Source: Escherichia phage slur07. From it: a stretch of DNA of 64,000 nucleotides. The notes under the pieces were generated by a model, which searched no databases, was not told the origin of the DNA, and worked only from the letters and a program-made list of their open reading frames with translations. Shown here in pieces: positions 6,969 through 17,789 of the stretch. The stretch lies in the sequence record NC_028780.1; one strand, written 5' to 3'. Position 1 is the stretch's first letter, and each line of letters begins with the position of its first letter. The position numbers and the translations under genes were made by a program.

Positions 6969-9059
6969 ATGATGGAACTCATTACAGAATTATTTGACGA
7001 AGATACTACTCTTCCGATTACAAACTTAAATCCAAAGAAGAAAATACCACAAATTTTTTCAGTTCATGTTGATGATGCAATTGAACAACCAGGCTTTCGT
7101 TTATGTACCTATACATCTGGAGGTGATACTAATCGCGATTTAAAAATGGGCGATAAAATGATGCATATCGTTCCTTTTACATTAACTGCAAAGGGGTCAA
7201 TTGCTAAATTAAAGGGTCTTGGACCGAGTCCTATTAATTACATCAATTCAGTATTTACCGTAGCAATGCAAACAATGAAACAGTATAAAATTGATGCATG
7301 TATGCTACGCATTCTTAAGTCTAAAACCGCCGGTCAAGCTCGACAAATTCAACTTATTGCTGATAGACTTATCCGTAGTCGTTCAGGTGGCAGATACGTC
7401 CTTCTTAAGGAACTCTGGGATTACGATAAAAAGTATGCATATATTCTTATACATCGTAAAAACGTATCACTAGAAGACATTCCAGGAGTTCCAGAAATTA
7501 GTACTGAACTCTTTACTAAGGTTGAATCGAAGGTCGGTGATGTTTATATCAATAAAGATACTGGAGCCCAAGTAACTAAAAATGAGGCAATTGCAGCATC
7601 AATTGCACAAGAAAATGATAAACGTTCTGACCAAGCCGTAATCGTTAAAGTTAAAATTTCCCGTAGAGCAATTGCGCAAAGTCAATCATTGGAATCTTCT
7701 AGATTTGAAAGTGAATTATTCCAGAAGTATGAATCTACCGCAGCTAATTTCAATAAACCTGCTACCGCTCCTTTAATTCCCGAAGCAGAAGAAATGAAGC
7801 TTGGAATTAATTCATTAGCTTCTAAAACTAAGGCAGCAAAAATTATTGCTGAAGGAACTGCAGATGAACTTCATTATGACTATAAATTCTTTTCAAAAAG
7901 TGAGGTTAATGAAGTTTCTGAAAAAATTAAAGATGTAATTCTTAATGCGATTAAAAATGAACCAACTACTTCAATAAAATGTTTAGAGAAATACGCAGCA
8001 GCTGTTAATCAACTCTTTGAAGAATATAAAGATAATTGGCTTGATAAACATAATAAAACTCGTAAAGGGCAGCCAGATGAAGTCTGGGAAGAAATAACTA
8101 AAAATGCCTGGAATGCAGCAAAAACTAAATTCCTCAAAAGAATGATTTATAGTTTTTCTGGAATTGGTGCAGGTCCAATGATTGATATTACTATTGCCCG
8201 TGATGGTTCTAAATATACTCCATCACAAAAGCGCGGCATTAGAGAGTATTGTGGTTCAGGATATACTGACATCAATAATCTTCTTTTAGGTCGTTACAAT
8301 CCAGAACGATATGATGTAATGAGTGAAAAAGAAATTGAATCTGCTATAAATAATTTAGATTCAGCTTTTGAAAATGGTGACCGCATACCGGAAGGCATTA
8401 CAGTTTATCGTGCTCAAAGTATGACTGCTCCTATATACGAAGCGCTAGTTAAAAATAAAGTGTTCTATTTCAGAAATTTTGTATCTACTTCTTTAACTCC
8501 TATCATTTTTGGGCGTTTTGGAATTACACATGCTGGTATTGGTCTTTTAGAACCAGAAGCTCGTAATGAATTGACAGTTGATAAAAATGAAGAAGGAATA
8601 ACTATTAATCCAAACGAAATAAGAGCGTATAAAGAAAATCCTGAATACGTTAAAGTTCAAATAGGATGGGCAATTGATGGAGCTCATAAAGTTAATGTTG
8701 TATATCCAGGAAGTCTAGGAATAGCAACAGAAGCTGAAGTTATTCTACCGCGTGGATTGATGGTCAAAGTTAATAAAATAACTGATGCTTCTAATAATGA
8801 CGGAACCACGTCTAATAATACAAAACTCATTCAAGCTGAAGTTATGACCACCGAAGAACTCACCGAATCGGTAATCTATGACGGAGACCGTTTAATGGAA
8901 ACCGGCGAAGTAGTTGCAATGACAGGTGATATAGAAGATAGAGTTGACTTTGCATCATTTGTTTCATCAAATGTTAAACAGAAAGTAGAATCATCTCTTG
9001 GAATTATTGCGTCTTGCATAGATATTACAAACATGCCTTACAAGTTCGTTCAAGGATAA
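6969..9059 (+). CDS. alt: Alt ADP-ribosyltransferase (virion-packaged, modifies host RNA polymerase)
   Basis: 696 aa; N-terminus MELITELFD... matches recalled T4 Alt; ART motifs YRAQS (R), FVSTSL (STS), TEAEVILPRG (ExE); start may be second ATG at 6972. Confidence 0.9.
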   Translation: MMELITELFDEDTTLPITNLNPKKKIPQIFSVHVDDAIEQPGFRLCTYTSGGDTNRDLKMGDKMMHIVPFTLTAKGSIAKLKGLGPSPINYINSVFTVAMQTMKQYKIDACMLRILKSKTAGQARQIQLIADRLIRSRSGGRYVLLKELWDYDKKYAYILIHRKNVSLEDIPGVPEISTELFTKVESKVGDVYINKDTGAQVTKNEAIAASIAQENDKRSDQAVIVKVKISRRAIAQSQSLESSRFESELFQKYESTAANFNKPATAPLIPEAEEMKLGINSLASKTKAAKIIAEGTADELHYDYKFFSKSEVNEVSEKIKDVILNAIKNEPTTSIKCLEKYAAAVNQLFEEYKDNWLDKHNKTRKGQPDEVWEEITKNAWNAAKTKFLKRMIYSFSGIGAGPMIDITIARDGSKYTPSQKRGIREYCGSGYTDINNLLLGRYNPERYDVMSEKEIESAINNLDSAFENGDRIPEGITVYRAQSMTAPIYEALVKNKVFYFRNFVSTSLTPIIFGRFGITHAGIGLLEPEARNELTVDKNEEGITINPNEIRAYKENPEYVKVQIGWAIDGAHKVNVVYPGSLGIATEAEVILPRGLMVKVNKITDASNNDGTTSNNTKLIQAEVMTTEELTESVIYDGDRLMETGEVVAMTGDIEDRVDFASFVSSNVKQKVESSLGIIASCIDITNMPYKFVQG

Positions 9060-9062
9060 ATC

Positions 9063-11120
9063 ATGGAACTTATTACAGAATTATTTGACGGCGCTTCGGC
9101 GCCGGTTGTTAACTTAAATCCTAAGCATAAAATACCACAAATTTTTGCTATCCAAGCCGGCGAAGAAAGCGTGCTTCCTGGATTTAGATTTTGTACATAC
9201 ACCTCTGGTGGTGATACAAATAAAAACGTTAAGCCAGGCGATAAAATGATGCATATCGTAATGATAGGTGTCAATGAGAAACTATCATTAGTTAAGCTTA
9301 AAAACTTGGGTGGAAATCCAATTGGTGTCATTAATGCCGTTTTTGATACTGCTCTTCAAACAATGAAACAGTATAAAATCGACGCATGCCTATTCCGCGT
9401 ACTAAAGAGTAAAACAAATGGCGCAGCTCGTCAAATGCAAGTTATTGCTGACCGTTTAGTACGTACTAAAGGAGCAGGTCGATATGTTCTCTTAAAGGAA
9501 ATCTGGGACTATGATAAGAAATATGCATATATTATGGTTTACCGTAAAAATGCCAATTTAGAAGACATTCCAGGTGTACCTCCTATTTCAACTGAGTTAT
9601 TCACAAAAGTTGAATCAAAGGTTGGTGATGTTTATGTAGACGTTAAAACAGGTAATGCTGTTCCTAAAGCTGTCGCTGTTGCTGCTTCTATTGCTTTAGA
9701 AAATGATAAGCGCACTGATCAAGCTGTTATTCAGAAAACTAAAATTAGTCGTCGATTAGCAGCACAAGCTCAATATTCTACTGTTGATGCTTCACTTCAG
9801 GGTGATAGCTTCGCTGCCAAGAAATATCAAGAGTTTGAATCTAAAGTTCCGGTATATAAAGCAGAAGGACCAATGAACTCTGGCGTTATCCAGATTGGTT
9901 CAAACTTCAGCAAAGGAGCTATCGGTGGTATGAGAAGTGCTTCTCGTTTTAAATCTAATGATTATGAACTAGAAAGTTTCCGAAATCATATTGCATTGAC
10001 CCATGCACGTTTACGCGATCCATCTATCAAGCTGCAGAGCGATATAACATATCAAGGTTCTCAAGAATATTTAAAGAATAAAGAATTCTTTGATTATAAA
10101 ACTGATAAAATTTTAAGCGATCTTGCTGACATTAATATTTCTAATAGCTTTGATGTTATTAAGAAAATTATCAATGATTTAGTTAAAGATTCTAAAGCTA
10201 CATCAGATGAAAAGACAGCTATTATTCAATTTGTAATGAATGGCATTTATAAATTGATTAATGAATCTGCTGCTCAGGCATATGAATACGCAAGCACCGA
10301 AGTAACTCCAAAAGGACTGACTCAGGCTGAATCTGATGTAATTGAAGATTATTGTGCAGATTCATATGTTGAAATGAACTCGTTCCTTTTGGGTAAACCA
10401 GATTCTACCCGTGAAGAATACATGGAAAGAGCTATTAATCACATCGAGACGTTAGATTCTGCCTTTGCCAAAGGATCAGTTCTTCCTCCAGGAACTACAC
10501 TTTACCGTGGACAAGAAGTTACCTTTAAAACTTTGCGTCATAACATTGAAAACAAAATGTTCTATTTCAAGAACTTCGTATCGACATCACTTAAACCAAA
10601 TATCTTCGGTGAGCATGGTAAAAACTATATGGCTCTAGATGATTCCGGCGCAGTATTTTCTGGCGAAGGAGAAGGTTCCGTTGATGCAGAAGATTTAATG
10701 CATATGGGTAGTCATTCTACATATGCCAATGAAGATGCTGAAACTAGCGTAGGTATGGTAATTAAAGGGGCTGAGCGAATCAAAGTTATCGTTCCAGGTC
10801 ATTTATCAGGATTTCCATCAGAAGCTGAAGTTATTCTACCACGTGGAATTTTACTGAAGATTAATAAAGTAAGTACGTACTTTATGAAAGAAACTGCTTA
10901 TAACAAGTATCTAATCGAAGGTACAATCGTTCCTCCTTCTGAACAATTAGAGGAATCGGTATATGATGGCGACCATTTAATGGAAACTGGTGAAGTTCGT
11001 CCAATGGCTGGATTTAATCAATTCCTTGTAGAAGAATCAAAAGAAGAGGAAAACGAAGTTTCTCAAATCTTGGCTTCTTTGGTTAACATCAACGGAATGT
11101 CTAAAAAGTTCAAAATGTAG
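9063..11120 (+). CDS. Alt-like ADP-ribosyltransferase paralog
   Basis: 685 aa, starts 3 nt after alt stop; shares MELITELFD N-terminus, QTMKQYKIDAC, and C-terminal YRGQ / FVSTSL / SEAEVILPRG motifs; central ~200 aa divergent. Confidence 0.85.
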   Translation: MELITELFDGASAPVVNLNPKHKIPQIFAIQAGEESVLPGFRFCTYTSGGDTNKNVKPGDKMMHIVMIGVNEKLSLVKLKNLGGNPIGVINAVFDTALQTMKQYKIDACLFRVLKSKTNGAARQMQVIADRLVRTKGAGRYVLLKEIWDYDKKYAYIMVYRKNANLEDIPGVPPISTELFTKVESKVGDVYVDVKTGNAVPKAVAVAASIALENDKRTDQAVIQKTKISRRLAAQAQYSTVDASLQGDSFAAKKYQEFESKVPVYKAEGPMNSGVIQIGSNFSKGAIGGMRSASRFKSNDYELESFRNHIALTHARLRDPSIKLQSDITYQGSQEYLKNKEFFDYKTDKILSDLADINISNSFDVIKKIINDLVKDSKATSDEKTAIIQFVMNGIYKLINESAAQAYEYASTEVTPKGLTQAESDVIEDYCADSYVEMNSFLLGKPDSTREEYMERAINHIETLDSAFAKGSVLPPGTTLYRGQEVTFKTLRHNIENKMFYFKNFVSTSLKPNIFGEHGKNYMALDDSGAVFSGEGEGSVDAEDLMHMGSHSTYANEDAETSVGMVIKGAERIKVIVPGHLSGFPSEAEVILPRGILLKINKVSTYFMKETAYNKYLIEGTIVPPSEQLEESVYDGDHLMETGEVRPMAGFNQFLVEESKEEENEVSQILASLVNINGMSKKFKM

Positions 11121-11180
11121 TTTACAAGTCCCTCGTGTTGTGTTATAGTAGTCTTACTGACATAACATGAGGAACACAAA

Positions 11181-11471
11181 ATGAAATCTTCTTTACGCTT
11201 TTTAGGTCAAGAACTTGTAGTTGAAGGCGTTATTCCTGTTGATAATGCTTTTAATGAAGCAGTTTACGATGAATTTATTAAAATTTTTGGAACAGATAAA
11301 AAGTTCGGAATTTTTCCTTCTGAAAATTTTTCAAAGCCAGAACAGACTGAAAGTATTTTTCAGGGTGTAGTAACAGGTAAATTTGAGTCAGAAGCTCCGG
11401 TAAAAATTGAAGTTTATATTGAAGACAGTTTAGTTGCTTCAGTTTCTGCTTTCATTTCATTCCGTAAATAA
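11181..11471 (+). CDS. hypothetical protein (96 aa)
   Basis: ORF with GAGGAA RBS; followed by bidirectional terminator. Confidence 0.5.
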   Translation: MKSSLRFLGQELVVEGVIPVDNAFNEAVYDEFIKIFGTDKKFGIFPSENFSKPEQTESIFQGVVTGKFESEAPVKIEVYIEDSLVASVSAFISFRK

Positions 11472-11475
11472 AAAT

Positions 11476-11497
11476 ATGGGGACCGAAAGGTCCCCAT
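11476..11497. terminator. bidirectional terminator hairpin (GGGGACC-GAAA-GGTCCCC)
   Basis: Perfect 7 bp stem between convergent genes. Confidence 0.7.
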
Positions 11498-11499
11498 TG

Positions 11500-12465
11500 T
11501 TATATTGCTCCTAATATTTTACTCTGCGAATTAACAATTCCTGTCATAGTATTAATGTTTGAAATGCTTCCAGCAGTCCCTCCTAATCTACTAAGTCGTG
11601 AAAGCGAATTAGATAGTCCAGTAACACCTCCACTATTTCCGAGAACGCTTTGAATACCATTTATAGCAGCAGATTCAAGCCATTCAAGCGCAGCTTGCCT
11701 ATCAACTGCTCCAGCCTGCATCACTCTATACGCAAAAGTAACATCAAATGTAGTTATTTGGTTATCTCCATCATATGATAACTCAGGAGCGCTCACTGAT
11801 ATTGGAATGCATCCAGTGAACATCACCGCAGTATGAGGCAATCCATTACGAGAATGAAGATTAACCTGAATATCTGCCTCGACATCCTGTGGCAAAGCGC
11901 GTAATCCAGTTACTGGGTCTTGAACGGAGTTAACCCAGTCTTGCATTGCACGATAGTTACAAGCTTCTGAATCCATTCTAAATGAAATAACCAAAGGGTC
12001 TAATTCTCTCCCGGTTATGCGAATATTAGGAGAATTGTAGTTCCAGTCAGTTTCATAGGATAATCTATTCTCTGGCATTTTTACAGAGTATATCATCAAT
12101 CCAGATGAGTTATATGCCATGTTAAAGAAGTCAATTAAATATGTACCAACTGTAAATGAGCCTAATAAACTTTGAACTGTACGTTGACTCATGGCACCAA
12201 TAAGATATTTACTAACCCCTGATTTTCTTATCAGTTTTTGTGTGCCAGCAGTAATTAGCGTGGTAATTCCCTGATTAATATCACCTTGAGTCAATCCTAA
12301 CCAATCTGAATTTAGGCCCAAGTTATTATAAGAAAAGTTGCTAATTGAACTTATCAACGAAGAGCTTTTAGTTGATGGAGTTGTCGCAAAAACGCAGCTA
12401 AACATATTATTACGTTGGAAATCTGCGTTTATTGCTTGATTATTAAATTCCTCTAAAGAATACAT
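11500..12465 (-). CDS. 54: baseplate tail-tube initiator
   Basis: 321 aa; size and order 54-48-29-28-27-51 as in T4. Confidence 0.88.
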   Translation of the reverse strand: MYSLEEFNNQAINADFQRNNMFSCVFATTPSTKSSSLISSISNFSYNNLGLNSDWLGLTQGDINQGITTLITAGTQKLIRKSGVSKYLIGAMSQRTVQSLLGSFTVGTYLIDFFNMAYNSSGLMIYSVKMPENRLSYETDWNYNSPNIRITGRELDPLVISFRMDSEACNYRAMQDWVNSVQDPVTGLRALPQDVEADIQVNLHSRNGLPHTAVMFTGCIPISVSAPELSYDGDNQITTFDVTFAYRVMQAGAVDRQAALEWLESAAINGIQSVLGNSGGVTGLSNSLSRLSRLGGTAGSISNINTMTGIVNSQSKILGAI

Positions 12466-13559
12466 TAAAAAGTCCCCGCATATAAAGAAGCACGGTTTAA
12501 CGTGATAATTTCTCTCATAGTAATCTCAAGAGTAAATGTACTAGGGAGGTTTGGAGCAATAGCTAATCCGTTAAAGTTACCATTAGGTGTTTTATCAAAT
12601 CTGATGCTTTGTATTTGGCATGGGCCAAATATTTCCGTTTTTCCATCAAACTTAGATGTTGCACCAAAGTTTTTCACCATCCAAATTGTCGGGTTTGAAA
12701 CTACTAGAACGTTAGTTAAACTCGATGTCATTTTCTCAAATAGTGTTTTATTTTTAGCTGCGTCTTCCGGAGATAAAGGTTCAATTAACGTAGAACGATA
12801 CCAATCATCTAAATACCCCTTTATTTCAGCAGCATATTGAGATTTACCAGTTTCACCATAAGAAAAATAGTTAAAATATTGATAGATATTAATAATAGCC
12901 ATTAAATCTTCTGTTGAACGTGGAGTCAAATCCCAAGTAAACACTTTAGTTCTATTTTCAGCACCACCATACATACTTCGAGCCGTAGTGTATATTTGTT
13001 CATTATTATCAGCCATTATACCTTGTGTTATACTTTCCAGTGCTCCAAATACTGCAGTTGAAGCAATATTACTTAGCACACCAGTAGCAGTACCTCCGCC
13101 TCTGCTGATAAGACTTTCTTGAACATCATTAAATCTATGTGATGATGTATCAACATCGGATTTAGATCTTGGTAAAAGAATATTTGCAACAGGGGCTTTA
13201 CTTATTGTTCCTGAATTATTATCTGATATTAATCCATTTGACAGTTTTGATACTGTATTACTGATAGTGTTTCTGGCTGTACGTAAAATACTCGAAGATG
13301 AAGAAGAGTAGTTAGATCTCATCGATCTAAGACTTCCAGAATCCCTAGATGACATATTGTATGCAGTAAATAATAATCCATTCTTATATAGATCTGTTAC
13401 CTGGAAGTCCCCTGTAGTGTCATTACCACTAGCACGCCCAGTTGGAAACTGGGCTGTGTATGTTTTAGTTCCTACTTCTGATTTAGTACTCTGTCCGGCT
13501 GAAATTTTCTCACCGGACTTTTTAATTAAATCAGCAGTTATTTCTTTAACAATTGCCAT
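12465..13559 (-). CDS. 48: baseplate tail-tube cap
   Basis: 364 aa, T4 gp48 size and synteny. Confidence 0.88.
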   Translation of the reverse strand: MAIVKEITADLIKKSGEKISAGQSTKSEVGTKTYTAQFPTGRASGNDTTGDFQVTDLYKNGLLFTAYNMSSRDSGSLRSMRSNYSSSSSSILRTARNTISNTVSKLSNGLISDNNSGTISKAPVANILLPRSKSDVDTSSHRFNDVQESLISRGGGTATGVLSNIASTAVFGALESITQGIMADNNEQIYTTARSMYGGAENRTKVFTWDLTPRSTEDLMAIINIYQYFNYFSYGETGKSQYAAEIKGYLDDWYRSTLIEPLSPEDAAKNKTLFEKMTSSLTNVLVVSNPTIWMVKNFGATSKFDGKTEIFGPCQIQSIRFDKTPNGNFNGLAIAPNLPSTFTLEITMREIITLNRASLYAGTF

Positions 13560-13567
13560 ATTATTCC

Positions 13568-15340
13568 TTAATTAACCCCAGTCGCATCAAATACACCAGG
13601 AGCAGTTGTGCTTGTGACAGGTGTCATATTATGAACGACAGTATTTTTCTTAATAACATTATTAGTATTGTTGATTGAAGGAGATGCTTGTTGAACAGGA
13701 GCTTGCTGTGCTTTGTTCTTTTCTATTACCTGGACTTGTTTTGCTTCTGGCGATTTAGCAGAAGTTTCAGGTTTGGCATTAGGCTGATTTTTCTTGAGCT
13801 CTTGATAAGTAGCATCAATTTTAGAAAATCTAGCAGCAAGTTCTTTTTTAACTGCCGGTGAATTATTTAAATCCGGGTCATCCATCCGTTTTTTAAGGTC
13901 TTCATAGGCAGATTCAACAGATTTAACCGTTGAGTCTTTACTCATATCAGCTGAATCAGCATATTTTTCAAAGCGAATCATTGCGGCACGGGCTTCATTA
14001 GCCTTCATTAAAGCATTTTTTCTTTCTTCAGGTGAAAGTTGCTTTAATTTTTCTTCTTCTGCTGCACGTTCTTCGTCGGTAGTTAGTGCTTCTTTATTAT
14101 CAACCCCACGAATCCAATTAGATGCACGAGTTTTCCAATTAGCAATTTTATCTAATCCTTTTGCTATCGGACCAAGGTCTCCGTTCATTCGTTTATCTTG
14201 ATAATTTGCAACTTTTTCCTGGTCTTCTTTATTGAGAGATGCTCCAGTAGAATTTTGGAAATTTTCTAATGCTCTTCCTTCTACTTCATCAGCAGTATCC
14301 TTCATACCAGGAATGACTCGAAGAATTGCTGCAGATAATTTAGCCATACCTAATTGAATAAGTTCACCTAAATTAAAAAGAACACTTCCGAGTCCTTCAA
14401 CAATAGCTGCTGTCAATCCACCCCAATCTCCCGCTTCCCAAAGTTGTTTAATTTTATCAATAGAATCAAAGATGCTCTGTAATAAAGGACCCCATGTTCC
14501 GGTTTCGCTAGAGAATTTAGTAAAGTCAGTATTAAATAAATCCCAGGCTTTTGAAAATTTATCTGACCAGTATTTAAAATGAACCATCAACAGGTCTATT
14601 CCAACAACAACAGCCAATATCATTGCAGTCATTTTAGCAGCTTCAATAGCAGCACTGATGGTGTACTTAAATAACATGCTTGATATTTTATCAGTAATTG
14701 AAATGGATTTTTTAAATCCAAAATCAACAGTCTTCGTTAATTTATCTAAAGCTTGAGATAATTTTAAGTTAAATGCTTCTTTTTTCTGTTTTTCTTCTGG
14801 CGATTCTTGTTTGGGTTCAACTGGCTGAGGGGTAGGGAAAAAATCAGCGTCAGGATCATTATTAACTGCTTCAGGGGCCGGTAATAAAGGACCCACAGAT
14901 TCAGCTGTATCATCCTCAACGACTTTAACAGGAATAGCGCTTTCAACTGTGGCTAAACTAGTTCCAGTCTGTTGAATTCCAGCTGTCTGAATTTTTTGCT
15001 CTAGTAAACTTGTTAATTTATCTAATTTACTTCCGAGTGATTCACCGATTTCTTTATTAATATTGTTGCCAATTTCGACAGTTTCAGCAATTAACTCAGA
15101 ACCGGCAGTAGTATCACTCACTGCGCTTTCTACGTTACCAATTGCTCCAACTATTTCATTCGATTTTTCTTCGACAGTTTGAGCTATTAATTCAGAAGCA
15201 GCTTGAGCATCATCCAATTTCGTAGATATATCATTAAGTCCAGATAAAGTGTTGGAAGCGGATTTAGCCGCTTCCTGTGTTGGTTTATTATCTGAAATAA
15301 CTTTTCTACGCATCGTTTGCATTTCTTGTGGCTTTTTCAT
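13568..15340 (-). CDS. 29: tail length determinant / baseplate hub protein (tape measure)
   Basis: 590 aa, T4 gp29 size; alanine/glutamate-rich helical repeats. Confidence 0.88.
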   Translation of the reverse strand: MKKPQEMQTMRRKVISDNKPTQEAAKSASNTLSGLNDISTKLDDAQAASELIAQTVEEKSNEIVGAIGNVESAVSDTTAGSELIAETVEIGNNINKEIGESLGSKLDKLTSLLEQKIQTAGIQQTGTSLATVESAIPVKVVEDDTAESVGPLLPAPEAVNNDPDADFFPTPQPVEPKQESPEEKQKKEAFNLKLSQALDKLTKTVDFGFKKSISITDKISSMLFKYTISAAIEAAKMTAMILAVVVGIDLLMVHFKYWSDKFSKAWDLFNTDFTKFSSETGTWGPLLQSIFDSIDKIKQLWEAGDWGGLTAAIVEGLGSVLFNLGELIQLGMAKLSAAILRVIPGMKDTADEVEGRALENFQNSTGASLNKEDQEKVANYQDKRMNGDLGPIAKGLDKIANWKTRASNWIRGVDNKEALTTDEERAAEEEKLKQLSPEERKNALMKANEARAAMIRFEKYADSADMSKDSTVKSVESAYEDLKKRMDDPDLNNSPAVKKELAARFSKIDATYQELKKNQPNAKPETSAKSPEAKQVQVIEKNKAQQAPVQQASPSINNTNNVIKKNTVVHNMTPVTSTTAPGVFDATGVN

Positions 15341-15870
15341 TCAAATAATCCAATAATATTGCCAATTCCAGTTATTGGACCATTAGGGCCAGGAATTGCT
15401 AAAGTTGTAAAAATATCATTTGCCCATTTTAAAACGAATGCTGGCATCTCAAGAAAATTAATTTCTTTAACTTCATCATTGACCTTAAGCAAGCATTTAG
15501 ATAACATATCGCTCACCGTTAAAAATTGTTCAAATTTTCCAGGAGGTCTAAAATAAAATGTATTTCCTTGGTATTGAAATTCTAATCTTTGGCATACATA
15601 AACATCATTAATGTCATAAGTATAGCCATCTATTTCTTTACGAGATTTAATCTTTCCATTAAATTCCAATAAATGAATAGAAACGAAATCAACTTCTGCC
15701 GGTGATAAATTCGGACAAATAGAATCAATAAGAAGTTTTAAATTTTCATCAGGGCCTTTAACATCTTTTAAAATGTTATAATGTTTAAGACCCATTTTAG
15801 GAATAGAAACTTCTTTATTACTTATTGGAAGAACTACTTTCTTCAGTGGTAGTATCAGATTTAAATTCAT
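15337..15870 (-). CDS. 28: baseplate hub distal subunit
   Basis: 177 aa, T4 gp28 size; overlaps gene 27 3' end. Confidence 0.8.
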   Translation of the reverse strand: MNLNLILPLKKVVLPISNKEVSIPKMGLKHYNILKDVKGPDENLKLLIDSICPNLSPAEVDFVSIHLLEFNGKIKSRKEIDGYTYDINDVYVCQRLEFQYQGNTFYFRPPGKFEQFLTVSDMLSKCLLKVNDEVKEINFLEMPAFVLKWANDIFTTLAIPGPNGPITGIGNIIGLFE

Positions 15871-16990
15871 TTTTAACCTTAACTGGGTCTATTGTTTCCA
15901 GTTTCGTTGCATTAGTGAACATATATAGATGAGTTACTGAATTATTATTGGATAATTCATGGATAACTTCATCAACGTAAAATTCTGTTTTAAATTGGTT
16001 TTTACTATCATTAAAAATAATTTTAACACCAGGAGTCAAGTTAAAATTACCGACAGTAGAACATTTAGCATAGCCGTCATATTGTGCCATAGTTTGAAGA
16101 CGAATAGCTTCTTCATATCCATTCCTATAAGTCATTTCAGAATAAGCACCTGACCTTGACACTACAATAGAGTTTTCGCCCTTTCCTGTAGTAATCATTG
16201 GCAGTGAAGAATCTAAAAATGAATGAGCATAGATAGTAGCATTTTTCATTGGGTCACGTTTGTGAGGATTCGATTTAGTCAACCAAACAAAATCATATGC
16301 TAATGGGTATTTTAATTCTTGGACAAATTGACCTATTAAAGATGGCTCACCGACAATCATTGGATATGGTTCTTGATTTATCATCATATCATAGTCCATC
16401 ATGTTAACTCCCATGATGTCTTGCCATACAAATACAAATTTGTCGCTTCCTACAGCTAGAGCAACTTCTCTTACATATGACAAATAGTTTTCAAATGTGC
16501 TAGTCCATGGAATATCAGGAACATAAGCATTTATAGCATTTATTGCTGGAGTTAATAATGTGCGATCCTGATAAATGACACCAAGCATTTCTTTTATAGA
16601 TTCACCTGCATCAGGGAAAAATGGTCTACCAAATTTAAGATTTTCTATAGAATGAATAGTTCCCAATTCAATAGCAATGATGTTATCACCTTTTGAATCT
16701 ACTGACACTGAAAAATGCTTACATCCATAAATTCGTGTTTTAACATTATTAATATCGTTTGCATTAGCTACAGAAATCTGAATTATTTCATTTCCATCCA
16801 TTTTTGTATGGATGTTTTTAGAATCATAAAACTGCAGCATTCCTTCATTTCGGCCATAAAGAGAATCCCGCATAGTTAATGTGGTAATAGTAGCAGCTAA
16901 TTCAACAAATCTATTATTACTCCAAGCGTCGTAGCTATCAAATAATTTAACGCTGAGATTTGGATATCCTGGGCGTTGCAACATACTCAT
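15818..16990 (-). CDS. 27: baseplate hub subunit
   Basis: 390 aa, T4 gp27 size and position. Confidence 0.88.
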   Translation of the reverse strand: MSMLQRPGYPNLSVKLFDSYDAWSNNRFVELAATITTLTMRDSLYGRNEGMLQFYDSKNIHTKMDGNEIIQISVANANDINNVKTRIYGCKHFSVSVDSKGDNIIAIELGTIHSIENLKFGRPFFPDAGESIKEMLGVIYQDRTLLTPAINAINAYVPDIPWTSTFENYLSYVREVALAVGSDKFVFVWQDIMGVNMMDYDMMINQEPYPMIVGEPSLIGQFVQELKYPLAYDFVWLTKSNPHKRDPMKNATIYAHSFLDSSLPMITTGKGENSIVVSRSGAYSEMTYRNGYEEAIRLQTMAQYDGYAKCSTVGNFNLTPGVKIIFNDSKNQFKTEFYVDEVIHELSNNNSVTHLYMFTNATKLETIDPVKVKNEFKSDTTTEESSSSNK

Positions 16991-17739
16991 TATTGTTTAT
17001 CCTTCTCAATCAGTTTTAATACGAATCCGCGCTCAGCAGGAATCATTTTCATTATTGAATTTAAGCTATAATTACTTTTTACGAGCGTGTGATTGATTTG
17101 ATAAAAAGTAAATATTTCATCTGGGTTAACTAATAGCTTAAACACATCTACTATATCAGTGTATTTTTTTACATACTTATTACAACATGACATATGCAAT
17201 GTTAAATTAATAGGATTCATTGCATCGAGAATTTTTTCTAATGTTTCTATCTCGATGGCATCAACAAGTTCTATTTGACTCGATTCGCTAATTTCCTTCC
17301 AATCATACCACATTTCATCTACTTGAACAGAATGAATATTTTCAGTAATCATCTTTGCTTTATTTTCATAAAACTCAGAAGGAAACTTTAATTTAATTTT
17401 AACATTAGCTACATCAAAAACAGGTTCCTTTAATTCTTTTTGATATATTTCAAATGGAACTGTCTTTTCTTTTTTGCATTTTGGACACACAAATGTGACC
17501 GGTACTTTAGTTTTACCTATTGACCCTACAAATACCTGCAAAAATATAAATGGTTGCCAAGTCTTCGGATAGTCTCCAAAATAATCAGCAATTAAATCAG
17601 CAATTATTTCTTTTTGTTCTTGTGGTGACCGATGTTCTATATCGTTTCGAACTAACAAAAAATCTCGATAATCTTCTACCGTAAATGGTTTAAAACGATG
17701 AACACCATCTGGTAATTTACAACGAATAATGTTTGCCAT
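16990..17739 (-). CDS. 51: baseplate hub assembly catalyst
   Basis: 249 aa, T4 gp51 size and position; Cys-rich. Confidence 0.85.
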   Translation of the reverse strand: MANIIRCKLPDGVHRFKPFTVEDYRDFLLVRNDIEHRSPQEQKEIIADLIADYFGDYPKTWQPFIFLQVFVGSIGKTKVPVTFVCPKCKKEKTVPFEIYQKELKEPVFDVANVKIKLKFPSEFYENKAKMITENIHSVQVDEMWYDWKEISESSQIELVDAIEIETLEKILDAMNPINLTLHMSCCNKYVKKYTDIVDVFKLLVNPDEIFTFYQINHTLVKSNYSLNSIMKMIPAERGFVLKLIEKDKQ

Positions 17740-17756
17740 AGATGCTCCTTTTATTC

Positions 17757-17768
17757 TATTTATAAATA
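17757..17768. promoter_or_regulatory. divergent overlapping late promoters (palindrome TATTTATAAATA) for genes 51 and 26
   Basis: TATAAATA on + (17761-17768) and on - (17757-17764), between divergent late genes. Confidence 0.6.
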
Positions 17769-17789
17769 TGATAAATAAAGGAGCTAAAT

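Noticed and set aside
7291-7473. 60 aa ORF in an alternative frame inside alt
   Set aside because: Embedded in a well-supported long ORF; no independent initiation signals
12502-12840. 112 aa plus-strand ORF
   Set aside because: Lies entirely antisense within baseplate gene 48
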